This document shows positions 1-13,810 of a stretch of DNA of 64,000 bases, in pieces (the first letter of the stretch is position 1; the number at the start of each line of letters is the position of its first letter). The notes below the pieces were generated by a model. That model had not been told where the DNA came from and made no database searches. It saw only the letters and a program-made list of their open reading frames with translations. The translations under genes and the position numbers were made by a program. Origin of the DNA: Octopus sinensis (taxonomy: Eukaryota); contig NC_043006.1 of NCBI RefSeq assembly GCF_006345805.1, positions 37,510,001 to 37,574,000 of the forward strand. The letters are read 5' to 3'.

Positions 1-287
1 CACGCACATTTTATTATTAAGATAGATATATGCTATCGTACATTGACATTATGCAAACTATTGCACACACACACACGCATACACAAACACACTCACGAAG
101 GTTCGTTCTTTATGTTACTTGTCTTGTTTTCCATTTGTTTCTCTTGTTGTTTACATATTTCATGTTGTTTACTGTACCCATTTATGCATGTGTGTATATA
201 TATATATATATACTGTTAGTTGGGAGCAGATCTTCGAGAGGGTATGTTCTTATTTTCAGTGTTTCCAAATCCAAACCAAGGAATTTC

Positions 288-339
288 CGAGCCGATGATA
301 GAAATGTTGTTTTGACTAATCTTGAAACGTACGTTCTCG
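288..339 (+). ncRNA. Minimal type-I hammerhead ribozyme motif (CCGAUGA core variant)
   Basis: CGAG-CCGAUGA-(imperfect stem II)-GAAA-C-GUAC-G-UU-CUCG; stem I CGAG/CUCG; palindromic stem-III loop GUAC. Confidence 0.65.
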
Positions 340-621
340 AATAACCTTAGCATTTGATTTTTCGATGTCATTACCCCAAACTTTTGTGAGTTAAATTATG
401 CAAACACTATATATGAGAGAGATTTTCTTTAAGTATTAGAAATAGCCTTAAAAAAGTTTTTTAGCTGCTATTTCTAATGAGTTCAGTATGCGGCAAAGTA
501 ATTTATTTTACTAAGCCCTTTTATATAATGTAATAATTTGAATTCGCCTTGAATGGTCCCTTTGCATACTGAACACTTGGTGAAATTGATTAATAATTAA
601 TTAATTTTGCCCTCAATTGTT

Positions 622-673
<52 letters not shown>

Positions 674-692
674 TATATATATATATATAATT

Positions 693-727
<35 letters not shown>

Positions 728-738
728 CTACTGATGAA

Positions 739-894
739 CATTAAGATGCGTTAGGCATCAGAATGGAAAAATCATCGGTGATCTATTTCAATCTGCGACC
801 ATAGGGGGCTTGCCTCTCTTGTCAGCTTATTAGGATAGTGCTTTTTGTGGTTATAGAGTCGTTTTGACTCTCATTTCTAGCAATGCTGGTGCTG
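739..894. repeat. ~155-bp interspersed repeat, copy 1 (copy 2 at 2142-2296)
   Basis: Direct alignment cattaagat...gctggtgct between the two loci; copy 1 is preceded by ctgatga and contains a hairpin followed by gaaa. Confidence 0.8.
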
Positions 895-895
895 A

Positions 896-1520
896 TGACA
901 GTAGTCGAGTGTGGGTCTGGAGTCTGTGATCAAGAATTTGATGTGAAAAGATTTCAGCCAACAATGAAACACGACAGCGATTCTGTGATGACCTGGGGAG
1001 CAATTTGGAGCAATGGTTGATCAGAGCTGGTGGAGTGTGCGAGAAATATAAACTCAGATAAATGTGTCCAATCTCCTCCAGTAGTGAATGATAAATAAAG
1101 GCTCTTTATTTATAGAAGATGGTGCTTCTTGTCACTCGGCTAAAATGATACAAGATTTGTTGGATGAGAATGGCATTAAAAAGCTTCCATGATCAAGCCA
1201 GTCACCAGATATGAACCCCATGGAACACTTCTGGGGCATAATGGACAGGACACTTCATAAAAAGAACAAGAAAGCATCTTCAAAGCCAGATGTTTTGAGA
1301 TCACTGCATGAAACTTGGCAAAGAAATTCCGCAAGAGAATATTCGTCATCTGATCAGTAACAGGACTAATAGGGTCCTGGTATTGAAAAATGCAAAGGTC
1401 ATGTCTTCTAAATGTTAAATATTCACATTATAGCAATTAATAAATAATTTGAATGTATAATTTCATATTTAAATACATTTTAATGATTATAAGGGTGTCT
1501 ATTTACTTCCGTCATGTCTG
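896..1520 (+). mobile_element. Tc1-family transposon 3' remnant (disrupted DD34E transposase plus right TIR)
   Basis: Translates with frameshifts/stops to SVMTWGAIWSNG, EDGASCHSAK and KKLP*SSQSPDMNPMEHFWGIMDR; ends in ggtgtctatttacttccgtcatgtctg, homologous to the copy at 51837-52700. Confidence 0.9.
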
Positions 1521-2141
1521 TGTCTATACATTATAATATAAATGTACACGTTCATGTGTGTGTAGGAGTGTGTGCTCGTGTAACTGTATTTGTGTATGCT
1601 TATGTCAGTGAAGATAAGTGTACGCCTGTATGTGTATCTGTTTGGGAGAGTAAAAGGGTATCTATTTATCACAAATATAATCTAGAAATAACTGATTGAT
1701 GCAGCCACCAAGCATCACTATCGCTAATCACTACACACGTACAAAGCCACGCCCCAGCATATTGCTAGACACCAATGATAGCATCAACAACCCCATCATC
1801 GCTATCGTTACTATCATCAACAACAACACTTTCCGACCCAAATTGGTAGCCTCTACATCAGTGGTTCGTTCTCAAGTAGGGTCCATACAAGATTTTGTGC
1901 TATAGATTCGTTATGCTGCTGCAATACAAAAAATCTTTTAACAATTCGTTTATGCAATTCCTCCCAAAATTTAATTATAGAAATATAAGATTTTTTAAGC
2001 ATTGAATGGTTATGAGAGTAAAATAGGAATACCAGGGGTCCATAGATTTAAAAAATGGTTGAGAACCGCTGCTCTGCATAATCACTCGATCTGCTACAAA
2101 CAGCAACTAAATCCCCTTCAAATCACACCCTACTCTCTAAG

Positions 2142-2296
2142 CATTAAGATACGTTAGGCATTAGAATGCAAAATCATCGGTGATCAAGCTCAATCTGCGA
2201 CCATTGGGGACTTGCCTCTCTTGTCAGCTCATTAAGATAGAGCTTTATGTGGTTATTGAGTCGTTTTGACTCTCATTTCCAGCAACGCTGGTGCTA
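2142..2296. repeat. ~155-bp interspersed repeat, copy 2
   Basis: Matches 739-894 in the same orientation. Confidence 0.8.
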
Positions 2297-2684
2297 GATT
2301 ATAAAAGGTGTAGTTGTACTAACAAGTTATGTTCGTGGTTGTGCTACCAAGTAATGTTCGTAGCTACTTCAACATGTCTGCCAGTTCGAGCGGAATTTGC
2401 TGCGATTTTTTAACCCCAAGAGGACATCTCCTCTATCTGGTTAACGATGCACAGTTGCATCCGATATGTTGCAACATATGTGTGTGTGCGCGCGTGCGTG
2501 GGTGTGTGAGCATGGAGAATTACCTCCTACACACATCCTTCTAGCAATGGATTTCTTCTCATGCGCTACCTTTCACTGTTGCCCAGCACATAAATATCTA
2601 AGCAGATAACATTCAACAGATCTAACCACTGACTTCGTTAAACCTGAAGTTTGAATCTCCAAAAATGTGAATCGCCGATAATGT

Positions 2685-2875
2685 AAATTTTCAGTAATGT
2701 AAATCACCTTGTATTGTGAATAAACATGTAATGTGAATCAACATGTATTGTGAATCTCCAGTAATGTGAATCTTCAGTAATGTGAATCAACATGTAATGT
2801 GAATCGACCTGTAATGCGAATCAGCATGTAGCGTGAATCAACGAGTTATGTGAATCTCCAGTAATGTGGATCAAC
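2685..2875. repeat. 16-17-bp minisatellite (gtaatgtgaatcaacat / gtaatgtgaatctcca)
   Basis: About 11 degenerate tandem units visible. Confidence 0.85.
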
Positions 2876-4953
2876 TTTAGCAGTACTGATCTGGGTCCAT
2901 GGAGAGCTGGGGTAAGGTTGTAAAAGCCTAATATTTTAAAAGGTTTCTGTATAAAATTATCATTAATCAGTTGTATATAATTTACTCTGCCACACATATC
3001 TTTCAATTTGGAGGTTAATCTTGGGAAACAAGTTCGTTATAAGTTTGTAAAATTAGCTTATTCGGTACACAGTGACAGATATTTATTCAGTAGATGGCGC
3101 CGATAGAAATATTCACTTAAATATAAAGAGTCCTTAACCGTGAAATGTTTGGGAACCGATTCTAATTCCGCGTGGGGTCGGTGATTATGCTGAGGCTCTG
3201 TTGATGGCATGTATTAATGAAAATGTCCTTGGTGTTGTCTGAAGAATTTTCTTAAGTAGTCTGTGATTGAGGGAAATGTCGCACTATTTAAAGCACACCT
3301 AGCAACGTGATATAGTGTCCCTCATTAACACGTAACAGCAACGCTTCCCAAATATTCAACCACAACAAAAGAATAGGAATAGGAACATTCCTATCCAACG
3401 TACAGATTACGATTGCTGCAACACCAGGCGCTGATAATTTAAGGACCATTCTCCAGTAACCAACACTTGACCTTGTGGTGGAGACACCCCAATTAGTGAA
3501 ACTAAAAGTCAGGGCTGATAGGTAACAAATCCTTGAATTTTATCTCTTGAAAAAGTATTAAAATCTGCCTATTAACACAAATCAACCAAGAGTGTTTTCC
3601 GATTTCTCTTCTCAAATGGCCAACCTAGTTATCAAGAACTAAAATAATAAAATGTGTTGGAATAATGCCCAATAATGATAAAATAATTTGAAGGTGATAA
3701 CGAAATGGCGTAAAGGTAGAAAGAATTACAAGTCAATGTGTTGAAAAACTCAATATGTCCTCCTCGTAACGAAAGTGTCACTGTTAAATATTATAATGAA
3801 GTAATTATGCCAAAAAAGGGCCACCAGTTTAGGTTTTTATACAACTAAGATTGGCAATTTACCAACATGATAATGCTTTTACTCATTCTGCCAAATTAGT
3901 CGAAAGTTTTCTCCAAGATAGTGAATTTAAATTTTTGTTTTTGCTTGGACATTGTCCAGAGAAGAAACCAACTAAAAACACATGGCTGGTCATTACGTCA
4001 ATGTTAAAATCAGGTACTTAAAAAGTAATTAATTCTAATTTGTGTCAACTGGGAAGGAATGAATATAAATTAGGGTGAAAATTATAGCAAAACAATCGAC
4101 TTGGACTCCACCTAATTTCTAACATTAGCGAGAAGTAAGAATTTTTGTCTAGTGGGGAAGTATAGCCGATAAAATCTTCATCAGTTTTTGTTTTTATACG
4201 TAATTTGATTTTTCGGCATCGAAAGGAAGAAGTGTGAAGTTATCATGGAAGATGATTCGAAATCTGAGCGTAAAGAGGAAGAAAGGAATATCGTAAAGAG
4301 GAAGAACGAAATACCGTAAAGCAGTTTCTCAGGGACTCTACATATTCGGCGAATCCACTTCCGTTAACCGATTGCAACACTGAAAGAGCTACAAAAGTAA
4401 CCATGAGATAATCTATACAGGATTATTGATTGTTAAAGAATATTATTAACTATCATTAAAATGGCGAATTGGCAGAATCGGTAGCACGCCAGGCAAAATG
4501 CTGAGCGGCATTTCGCTCGTCTTTGCGTTCTTAGTTCAAATTCCACCGAGATATATACATGTGTGTGTGTGTGTGTGTGTGTCAACATGAAGAATTACCT
4601 TCTACCTTAGTCAATGAAATCAACATACCTATATATATAAGGAGCAATATCTGGTGAATATGGAGGGTGGGGTAATACATCCCAGCCGAGCTGCAGCAAT
4701 TTTTGTCTGGTTCCACAAGCATCAAGTGCCGAAATAAACTTTCTTATCTTTTTAAAGGGTTACAGAATGAACACAGTTTATAGGAACATAAACCTTCTTC
4801 CACGCAAAGATAACTTAAACTGTGCTCTAAATGGAGGTGTAGTCAGATCCTATTTTATGGACTGAACCGTGTTCTAAAATAAGTCGAAAGGTAAGCTACT
4901 ATAAATCGGCACGAACTTTCCGGACAACCCAATATATATATATATACAGACAT

Positions 4954-4997
<44 letters not shown>

Positions 4998-5015
4998 CAC
5001 ACATGTACATATTAA

Positions 5016-5215
5016 GTAATCCCTCGACTATCGCAGGTGTTACGTCCCAAAACCCTCCGCGATACGTGAAAACCCGCGAAGTAGAAACAGTAGTGTACTG
5101 CATATTTTTTAATTATTTTTATAATTTGTATATATTTTATTGTAAATGCAAAACAAAACCACAGAAATCGTCGTAAGCTTAAATAATGAACCGCGGTATA
5201 TGAACCGCTATTACT
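5016..5215. mobile_element. Tigger/pogo-like MITE remnant
   Basis: Starts agtaatccctcgactatcgc..., with ccgcgata/ccgcgaag subterminal motifs typical of pogo-derived MITE ends; the other end is decayed. Confidence 0.4.
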
Positions 5216-5228
5216 TCATGTATGTGTT

Positions 5229-5283
<55 letters not shown>

Positions 5284-7175
5284 ACATGTACACACACACA
5301 CAATATGTGTGTGCGCGCGCCTATATTTGTCCCTCACCACCGCTCGACAACCGGTGCTTGTGTGTTTATGTTCCCATGACTTATCGGCTCAGCCAAAGAG
5401 ACCGACAGAATAAGTACCAGGCTTTACAAAATATTTGAGTACTGGGATTCGATTCATTCGACGAAAATTCTTGAAGGCGGTGCCCCAGCATGGCCGCGGT
5501 CTAATGATTGAAACAAGTAAACGATAAAAGATAAGCGATAAAAAAATAGCTTAAAATTAAAAGTTCATTTTGTAACCTGTTTGAAAATAACTAAAACCTT
5601 TTTCATTGTAAGAGGTCGGGTGTTGTGAAGAATATCGGTTCTTGCATAATCGGTTATTAAAAATTTGTGTGTCTTAAATGGTGTTAGGGGCACTGATATT
5701 TTATAGGCGCAGGAGTGGCTGTGTTGTAAGTAGCTTGCTTTCGTCACACCTTTCTCTCACTCTTTCCTCCTGCATCTTGCAGCTCACCTACGACGGACAG
5801 GCATGGCTCGAGAAGGAACAAACAACAACAACTTATGATATGAGTGATATCATCCACACTAGTATGGCATAATCGACATTTCCTATCATAGTGTAGGGAT
5901 TTAGAGGCATCCGTATCTCTTTTGTTGATCAGGTATTTAGTAGCTCTATTCTTAGAAATGTAACCTACTTACCGCAGGTCAAGGAGAGGTTATTATCCCT
6001 GTCAATGTTACCGGCATCCTCTTGCTTGGGGGACACATACCCATACATAAATTTCTGCCTCTATGGTAAGTACTAGACTTACAAATAATAAGTCCTGGGG
6101 TTGATTTCTTCGACTAAATGCGGTGCTCCAGCATGGTCGCAGTCAAATGACTGAAACAAGTAAAAGAGTAAAAGAGTTTCTAAAGCAAAATTTGTTTACG
6201 CAAATGATCTTTGTGAAAATTGGTAAAGATTTAAAATGCTGAAAATATTACCATTAACGAAACGTTACAAAATTCAAGAAACACCGCACTTTATCAATGC
6301 TATGTATGTGGTTAAGTGTAACTATTTTAAGCTACGGTGCGGGTGGTTGGGTGGTAATCTGATTAAGGAGAATCAGCTTTTAGGAGAGAGAGGGAGAGAG
6401 AGAGAAATTGAAAAACAAATTAACATGACCTAACAAGTTGGGTGGAGCATAACAACCGAAATACTGTAAAAAAAAGTAGCAATGTAGTCGAGGAATATAG
6501 TCCGACTAAACCACATACAATGATTAGAACATTGCCTAACAAAATACAGACACAAAATATTGTATTTCTTCTTCATTGATGTAAATAGAAATAATTTACT
6601 CAAAAATTTTACTGAAATTCTTAGCATTGTAGTATTTTTTAAACTTCCCTAATATTTAATATATCAACGATGTTATAACTTGTAAATTGTCTTCGAGATG
6701 TATATCTGTCTATCTTAACCTAGTTTTGAACTTAATTTTCATTCTAGAAAAAACTTTGTTCGCATTTCTGTGCATTTGCCAGTTTAGTGACATATCTTCT
6801 GGTAAAACTATTATGGGGTAGATTTCTTTCGGAAGAGGTCCATAAAACTGTAATAAACTTTCATCTTCACATTTTTCCCGAAGAAATTCATCACATTGAA
6901 TCCCAAATTTCCATTTGCAGTTCCATTCGAACTATGTTTTAGGGCATAGCCACTGATTTCCAAAATGGTTAAAACCAGCTTCTCTTTGAAATCCGCCATT
7001 TTGTCAAATCATTTAACTCCAGAGCGAATCTATAGCATCCAGACTTTCTGTGATTGGCTAGAGTGGAGGAAATAGAAAACGCCACTATTTCCGAATTGAT
7101 TCTCTCAAACCTTAAGTTTTGCTTCAAAAGCTTTGACATGAGACTATAAGAATAAACCTAATTAATCAACTGATT

Positions 7176-7302
7176 TTGTTATAATGTCACCAATAGAGAC
7201 GCCAATTTAAGGCTCATGAATGTCTAGTTGGTTGCAAATTGACTCTGAAGCATGTTGAAAATTACACGGATAACTGACTAATAGTCAGTGACTATGACGA
7301 AT
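7176..7302. repeat. ~127-bp direct repeat, copy 1 (copy 2 at 9782-9908)
   Basis: ttgttataatgtc...gactatgaYgaat shared with few mismatches. Confidence 0.85.
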
Positions 7303-7476
7303 ATTTTAACTTTTCTTATTGGTGGTATCCATTACGCAACACTTGTTATATACTTTAAGGAGGTTAATAGTTATTTCCCTTAGACACAGATTCAGTTACC
7401 ATCCGTCAGCTCGGAGACAAATTTACTCTTCATTTCTAAGAGGGCGCATAACTCTTCTCCGCGGCTATAAAACCGT

Positions 7477-7790
7477 TACTCTTTACTCTTTTACTTGTTT
7501 CAGTCATTTGACTACGGCCATGCTGGAGCACCGCCTTTAGTCGAGTAAATCGACCCAGGACTTATTCTTTGTAAGCCTAGTACTTATTCTATCGGTCTCT
7601 TTTGCCGAAACGCTAAGTTACGGGAACATAAACACACCAGCATTGGTTGTCAAGCGGTTGTTCCGTCTACCAAATCCACTCACAAGGCTTTGGTCGGCCC
7701 GAGGCTATAGTAGAAGACGCCCAAGGTGCCACGCAGTGGGACTGAATCCGGAACCATGTGGTTCGTAAGCAAGCTACTTACCACACTGCC
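7477..7790 (-). mobile_element. tRNA-derived SINE family A (internally deleted copy)
   Basis: Same head/body/tail as 14585-15034, 37654-38040 and 40281-40685. Confidence 0.85.
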
Positions 7791-7869
7791 AAACCAGTGA
7801 ACTTCACAGTAATAGACCATATCACAATACTCTGATTCAGGTTATTCTAAGAACTCTTTAAACTGGCAA

Positions 7870-9200
7870 TGATTAAGTACTCAGGATTTCATAAAATTTA
7901 TGATTGTAACAAACGCATGCATAACATTTTCAAATATTATTGACTGCATATCTTAATGAATTTTACAATGAATCATTGCTAAGTTACTGCTAAATTCAAA
8001 GAGGTTAATTTGTTTTATAATTTGGGTAGATAGCCTGTCTGTTGTTTACACTGACGAGCTATTGACACAAAAATACATCTCATAATTCAACTAATTTTGC
8101 CTTCGCAATTTAAATTGAGATTATTTAATTGGGAAATGATATCTATGAAAAATGCAAGGTCACAAATCCAGTTATCACTTATCAAATCCAGAACAAATTT
8201 ACCCTTCAGTTCTAAGAAGGCACATTTCCTCTTCTCTGGGATACGCACCTTCTTAGAAATGAAGTGTTGCGTGAAGGCATGCGGCTTTGTGGTTAGTGCA
8301 TTCGGCTCACGATCGTAAGGTCGTGAGTTCAATTCCCAGCGACTCGTTGTGTCCTTGAGCAAGACACTTTATTTCACCCTACTCCAGTCCACTCTGCTGG
8401 CAAAAAATGAGTATTTCAAAGGGACAGCCTTATCACATTCTATGTCACGCTGAATTTCCCTGAGAACTACATTATGAGTAAATGTGACTGTGGCGTACTC
8501 AGCCACTTGCACATTAATTTCACAAGTAGGCTGTTCCGTTGATCCGATCAGCTGGAGCACTCGTCGTCCTAACCGACAGTATGCCAGTTCTTCATAAATG
8601 TTATATCCTGCAACGGTGTCTTTCATTGTCTGAAGAGGAAGCAATTCTTTTATAATATTAAATGATTTATCGATACACAAATGAAAATTGCAAGTTGAGC
8701 CGAATCGGATTTACCTGTTCTTTCGTTTATAACCAGTAAAAAGAAAAATTAACATCTCTTATTTTTTCTGATAGTCTAACCTCGATATCTGCTGCAATTT
8801 CTTCGACTCGTGTTGTTATTGTCTTGCGAGACAATCTAATCTTGTCAAACATATTTAACTTTTCCGGGCATTAAAAGTTCAGCCACTGCCAAAAGACATT
8901 CTTTTACAAATTCATCGTCTGTATACTCGTTTTCATTCCCCAAAATAGCTTGCATGTACAATTTCTTTGAATTCTGTCTGCCATTTAGAAAAGAGCATAT
9001 TTAGACTACTGATCTGTTTCTTGAAGGTTTCAATGTTTTGTTATTCAAATGTATCCATTCAATTTATTGTACCCCGAATGTTTTGAAACAGAATGCTGCT
9101 TAACATTAATTTCTTTAAATGTGGAGGCGGATTCTTGACATATCAAGCACATTGGTCTGACGCCTACTTCAACAAAGAAGTAATCATTTGTCCACTTAGC
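7870..9200 (-). pseudogene. Decayed hAT transposase (SPIN/Charlie, GTF2IRD2-like), interrupted by a SINE
   Basis: Minus-strand peptides ENEYTDDEFVKECLLAVAE, IDKSFNIIKELLPLQTMKDTVAGYNIYEEL and DNWICDLAFFIDIISQLNNLNL match the hAT Charlie/SPIN transposase pattern; frameshifted. Confidence 0.8.
8271..8586 (+). mobile_element. tRNA-derived SINE family D inserted in the hAT remnant
   Basis: Head with A/B boxes (gtggttagtg...gagttcaattcc), CORE-like tgtccttgagcaagacacttta, tail ctcgtcgtcctaaccgac; homologous to 61410-61728 and 62052-62363. Confidence 0.85.
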
Positions 9201-9781
9201 CTAGAATTTTCAAAAATCTTTACTTTTTACTCTTTTACTCATTTCAGTCATTTGACTGTGGCCATGCTGGAGCACCGCCTTTAGTCGAGCAAATTGACCT
9301 CAGGACTTATTCTTTGTAAGCCTAGTACTTATTCTATCGGTCTTTTCTTATCTTTTTTTTTTTTTGATGAAGCCATAAGTTGTGAAATTAACCCCATCAA
9401 ATCTTCTTTCTCTGTCTGTGAAGAGATTGTATGCAAATAAAAAGTATTTATACACCTTTTCTTTATATACAGTATAGGTAAATATACATATACTATTTCT
9501 ACAATGACACAAAAGACTGTTACTTCAGCAACTTCTTAATCAACCATCAAACTAATAGTTAAAAATTAAAATTTAAAAAGAAATACATAGATTTAAAGTT
9601 CAATTTTTGTTTGTGCCACTAATAACGATTTATTGGATTGATTCACTGACTTGCCTACACGTGCGTTTGTATTGTGTAACTTTGTGGAATAACGCTTTGG
9701 AAATAGTCTTGTCTGTTGTGCCTGAAAAGTCGTTATAAGTGAATGAAACAAATAGAACATTAAATCAATAATTTCCGTTTG

Positions 9782-9906
9782 TTGTTATAATGTCCTCAAT
9801 AGGGGTGCCAATTTAAGGCTCGTGAATGTCTGGTTGGCTGCAAATTGACTCTGAAGCATGTTGAAAATTACACGGATGACTGACTAATAGTCACTGACTA
9901 TGATGA

Positions 9907-9908
<2 letters not shown>
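9782..9908. repeat. ~127-bp direct repeat, copy 2
   Basis: Matches 7176-7302. Confidence 0.85.
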
Positions 9909-9948
<40 letters not shown>

Positions 9949-10016
9949 AAAATTATTTTCCGTAATGAGATAAAAAACCAAGGCTGTGTAGATTTTAGAA
10001 CATTTATAAATAGAAG

Positions 10017-10064
10017 GTCTTACAGCTGTTTCTAGGATATTTATTATATCCCTTCATCGGAGAC
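10017..10064 (-). ncRNA. Minimal type-I hammerhead ribozyme motif (CCGAUGA core variant)
   Basis: Minus strand GUCU-CCGAUGA-A-GGGAUA-UAAUAAA-UAUCCU-A-GAAA-C-AGCU-G-UA-AGAC. Confidence 0.7.
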
Positions 10065-10271
10065 GGTGTGAGCAGATGGTTAAGCAATAGTTAATTTAGA
10101 TAAGATACGAAATATTTTTTAGATAAGATACAAAATATTTTTTATATACACACGCTGATATATGGCCTACGTTGGACTCCTTATTCGCATAATCACCGAA
10201 CCTGGAACTTAACTATGGTCTATCCATAGCACTTATCCGACACCTCGGGGTCTCACTGACACCATTACCTC

Positions 10272-10332
<61 letters not shown>

Positions 10333-10333
<1 letters not shown>

Positions 10334-11040
10334 AATCAAATTGACTGACAGATTTTCATAGGTCAAGTTCCTTTATCATGGAAATACAAAGTACATGAAA
10401 AATTCATCGAGATGTTAGGTTTCAAGCGCTCCAATATTACATTCCGAAGAAAAGCAGTATTACAAAACCTTACGATCGTTTCGAGAAATGCGTTTGTATT
10501 GGGCAAGGTTTCCGGCCGATTCAAATATTCGCATCAGAGATACAAATAAATCGATTAAAATAGTTTAAAAATTGAGAATGCTTAATATATCTCCTACTTA
10601 CAGAACTTGAAATCATATCGAGTAAGGTTATATATTTTTTTAATGTTATAGTATTTTTTAAAAAGTTCGCAAGAATGTAGAGAGGCTTTGTGAAGTGGAA
10701 AATGCTTTAAAGTAAAACATTTGTGCGAATGAAAATGAAATTAAAAATATTTGTAAAAATAAATTAAAATGAGAACTCAAATTTCGGGCTAAACATGGTT
10801 AAATTATCTTAATCGATTTATTTGCACTTCTTATGCAAGTATTTGTATCGGTTGAGAAACTCACCCAATACAAACGCATTCCTCGAAACGATCGTAAGGT
10901 TTTGTAATACTGCTTTTGCTTTTCTTTGGATTGTAATATTATAGCGCTTGAAACTTAACATCTCGATGAATTTTTATGTACTTTTATTCCTATGATAAAG
11001 GAACTTGAACTACGAAAATCCGTCATCCACTTTGATTTTT
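10333..11040. repeat. Long inverted repeat (arms ~10333-10570 and ~10795-11040) containing a degraded hammerhead-like motif
   Basis: aaaaattcatcgagatgtta / taacatctcgatgaattttt and ccttacgatcgtttcgag / ctcgaaacgatcgtaagg are reverse complements. Confidence 0.85.
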
Positions 11041-11089
11041 ATTATATTTTGATCATATCGAGCACTAATTATTTGCGCTGCAATAAAGG

Positions 11090-11560
<471 letters not shown>

Positions 11561-12705
11561 TATATATGTATGTGTGTGTGTGTACGGCACTAAATACTAT
11601 GTGTGCGAACTAAAAGGTGGAAAAAGAAAAAGAAAAACCTGAAAAGAGCCCAAAACGTTCCCACCTCCTTCATCATTTTTAGACTCAACCAACAAAATCA
11701 ATCGCTCGTTGGCGATCGCATTTCTACTTACCATCACGACTGTGTTCGCATTTTGTTTCCTCTCAAATTATGTGTAATATTCTCGGACTAGACTTTGAAA
11801 CTCTACAATGCCTTTGTCTGCTTCACTTCTCGAAAGGAGACACTTGGACGCAGCTGTTTGGACGCTGACGATTTGTCACGGCTAACTGGAGATTCAACAT
11901 GTTTTGGTGACGGTAATTTTTGGCACTGGAAGCAAAAACACGCGTGCGCGCGAATGGAGGTATGCTCTTATTGTTAGACAACGAAAGGAGGAAAAAAGGC
12001 ATTACAGCTTATAATGATTGATGTAAATACTCTCTCTCCTCGTCCATTCGATTACAGGTAAGTTCATCATAAGAGAGTTTACTCTCATCAATTCACCGTG
12101 AGGAAAGTTCCCTGCGAGGAGTTCGAAAATAAGGTGCTTTTTATTATATTCTTTTACTATGGGCTTATCTCTCCTTAAACTTTCCTTGCTGTGAACTTTA
12201 CTCGCAATGAACATTCTTTACTGTGAAATTTCCCTGCGGTGAATTGATAACGGTGAACTTACCGGACATGTCCTCATTCAGATAAGAAGAAATGTGCTCA
12301 CACATTTAAACACAGAAATTTAGAAACAGGGAGAGAGAGTGAAAGAGCGATGGAGAGATTACAATTTATTAATTAAACGTAACTGATATGAATACTTTCC
12401 CTCTTCTCGTGCACACAAAGAGAAATATGTTCATAAACCGAAAGGGAAAGGGAGAAAGAGAAACACTAAGATGAGAGAAGCGTTAAAACGTTTGATGTCA
12501 AACAAGTCAGCGTCGAATCAGCGGCGCCAAAAACGGCTGTGCCAAAACGTCTCCTTCTCTTCATTGCTGGTTTGTCGAACATTTCACACTCAGCAATTTC
12601 TTTAATATTAAGCCACAACAGTTACAATAAACGTTACGATAAAAGTCGTGATATTTGCCGGATAAAACCGTGCCAAAGTAACAAATACATAGCAGTAAGC
12701 ACCAT

Positions 12706-12742
<37 letters not shown>

Positions 12743-12964
12743 AGAGCACGCACATACACACACACACACACTTACATACTTGTACACACGCGCTCATAGA
12801 CACAGACAAATATTCAATTTAGAATCAGTGCTAGACTCGTAAGTAAATGTCGACCGTTTTTTCTCTTTTTTGAGTCGATGATTCATTGTTTTTTTAATTT
12901 ACAACTCCCTTCGAAACATTTACACACGCGCGCGCGCACACACATGCGCACACACACTTTCACA

Positions 12965-13130
12965 CACATATACATACGTACATACATACATACGTACAAA
13001 CATACATACATACATACATACATACATACATACATGCATACATACATACATACATACATACATACATACATACATACATGCATGCATACATACATACATA
13101 CATACATACATACATACATACATACATACT
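12965..13130. repeat. (TACA)n microsatellite
   Basis: Direct; similar tracts at 29700-29935, 33035-33130, 33845-33910, 55755-55840, 60670-60745. Confidence 0.95.
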
Positions 13131-13599
13131 AAAATAAGTATATACAAGTATGCAGATATACGTGCGTACATATACATATACACATACATACGTATGTGTG
13201 TGGGGGGGCACAGACAGATACAGCATAAGAGAGAGAAAGAGTAGAGAGAGAGCGAGAGAAAGAGAATGAACGAGAGATGATGGAGTAATTAAACAACAGG
13301 AGGGGAAATTTTGACATCAAAGCAATTTAGTAGTCAAAATAAACGCTAAGATCAATGGCAAAGAATAATATGCTACATAACTCCACAGAATATATCCATA
13401 AACTTTAATCAATACTACATGTATACGCTGTATTTATTTACAATATTTTCATGACCTCAAAAAGGGGGATCAATAATCGGACTAGTTATTATCCTGTGTC
13501 GGGATTTCATCAGTGACCGTCTATCCTCACATCTGTTATTAGAATTTAGACTTAGTTCTGTCATAAGCCATAGACCTCAAAAAGCTGTGGTTTGGTCCA

Positions 13600-13810
13600 A
13601 TTACCATGACATAGAAGTGACTGAGATTACAACACTTCCCCTAAACAGGACGCCAGTCCATCGTAGAGTTAACTTCCCAGCTATTACTGAGATTCGTTTA
13701 GAGCTGAGTGAACTGGAGCAACGTGAAATGAAGTATTTTTCTCAAGGACACAATGCACCACCCAGTTCAGGAATCGAAACCACAATATTACTCAGCCACA
13801 TGCCTTCACC
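13600..13810 (-). mobile_element. SINE with family-D-like head and V-SINE-like block
   Basis: Minus strand contains ctacgatggactggcgtcctgtttaggg, resembling the V-SINE domain; similar copy at ~61830-62050. Confidence 0.55.

Noticed and set aside
2685-2875. Regular 16-17-bp repeats as a possible CRISPR array
   Set aside because: No unique spacers, no cas genes, eukaryotic context; ordinary minisatellite
12878-13226. ORFs rich in [16 protein letters not shown] here and throughout the window
   Set aside because: Translations of (TACA)n, (TA)n and (TG)n microsatellites, which lack stops
13475-13519. Minus-strand CUGAUGA-AAUCC..GGAU..CUAG-UC hammerhead-like motif
   Set aside because: GAAA is missing and stem I is mismatched; at most a dead relic
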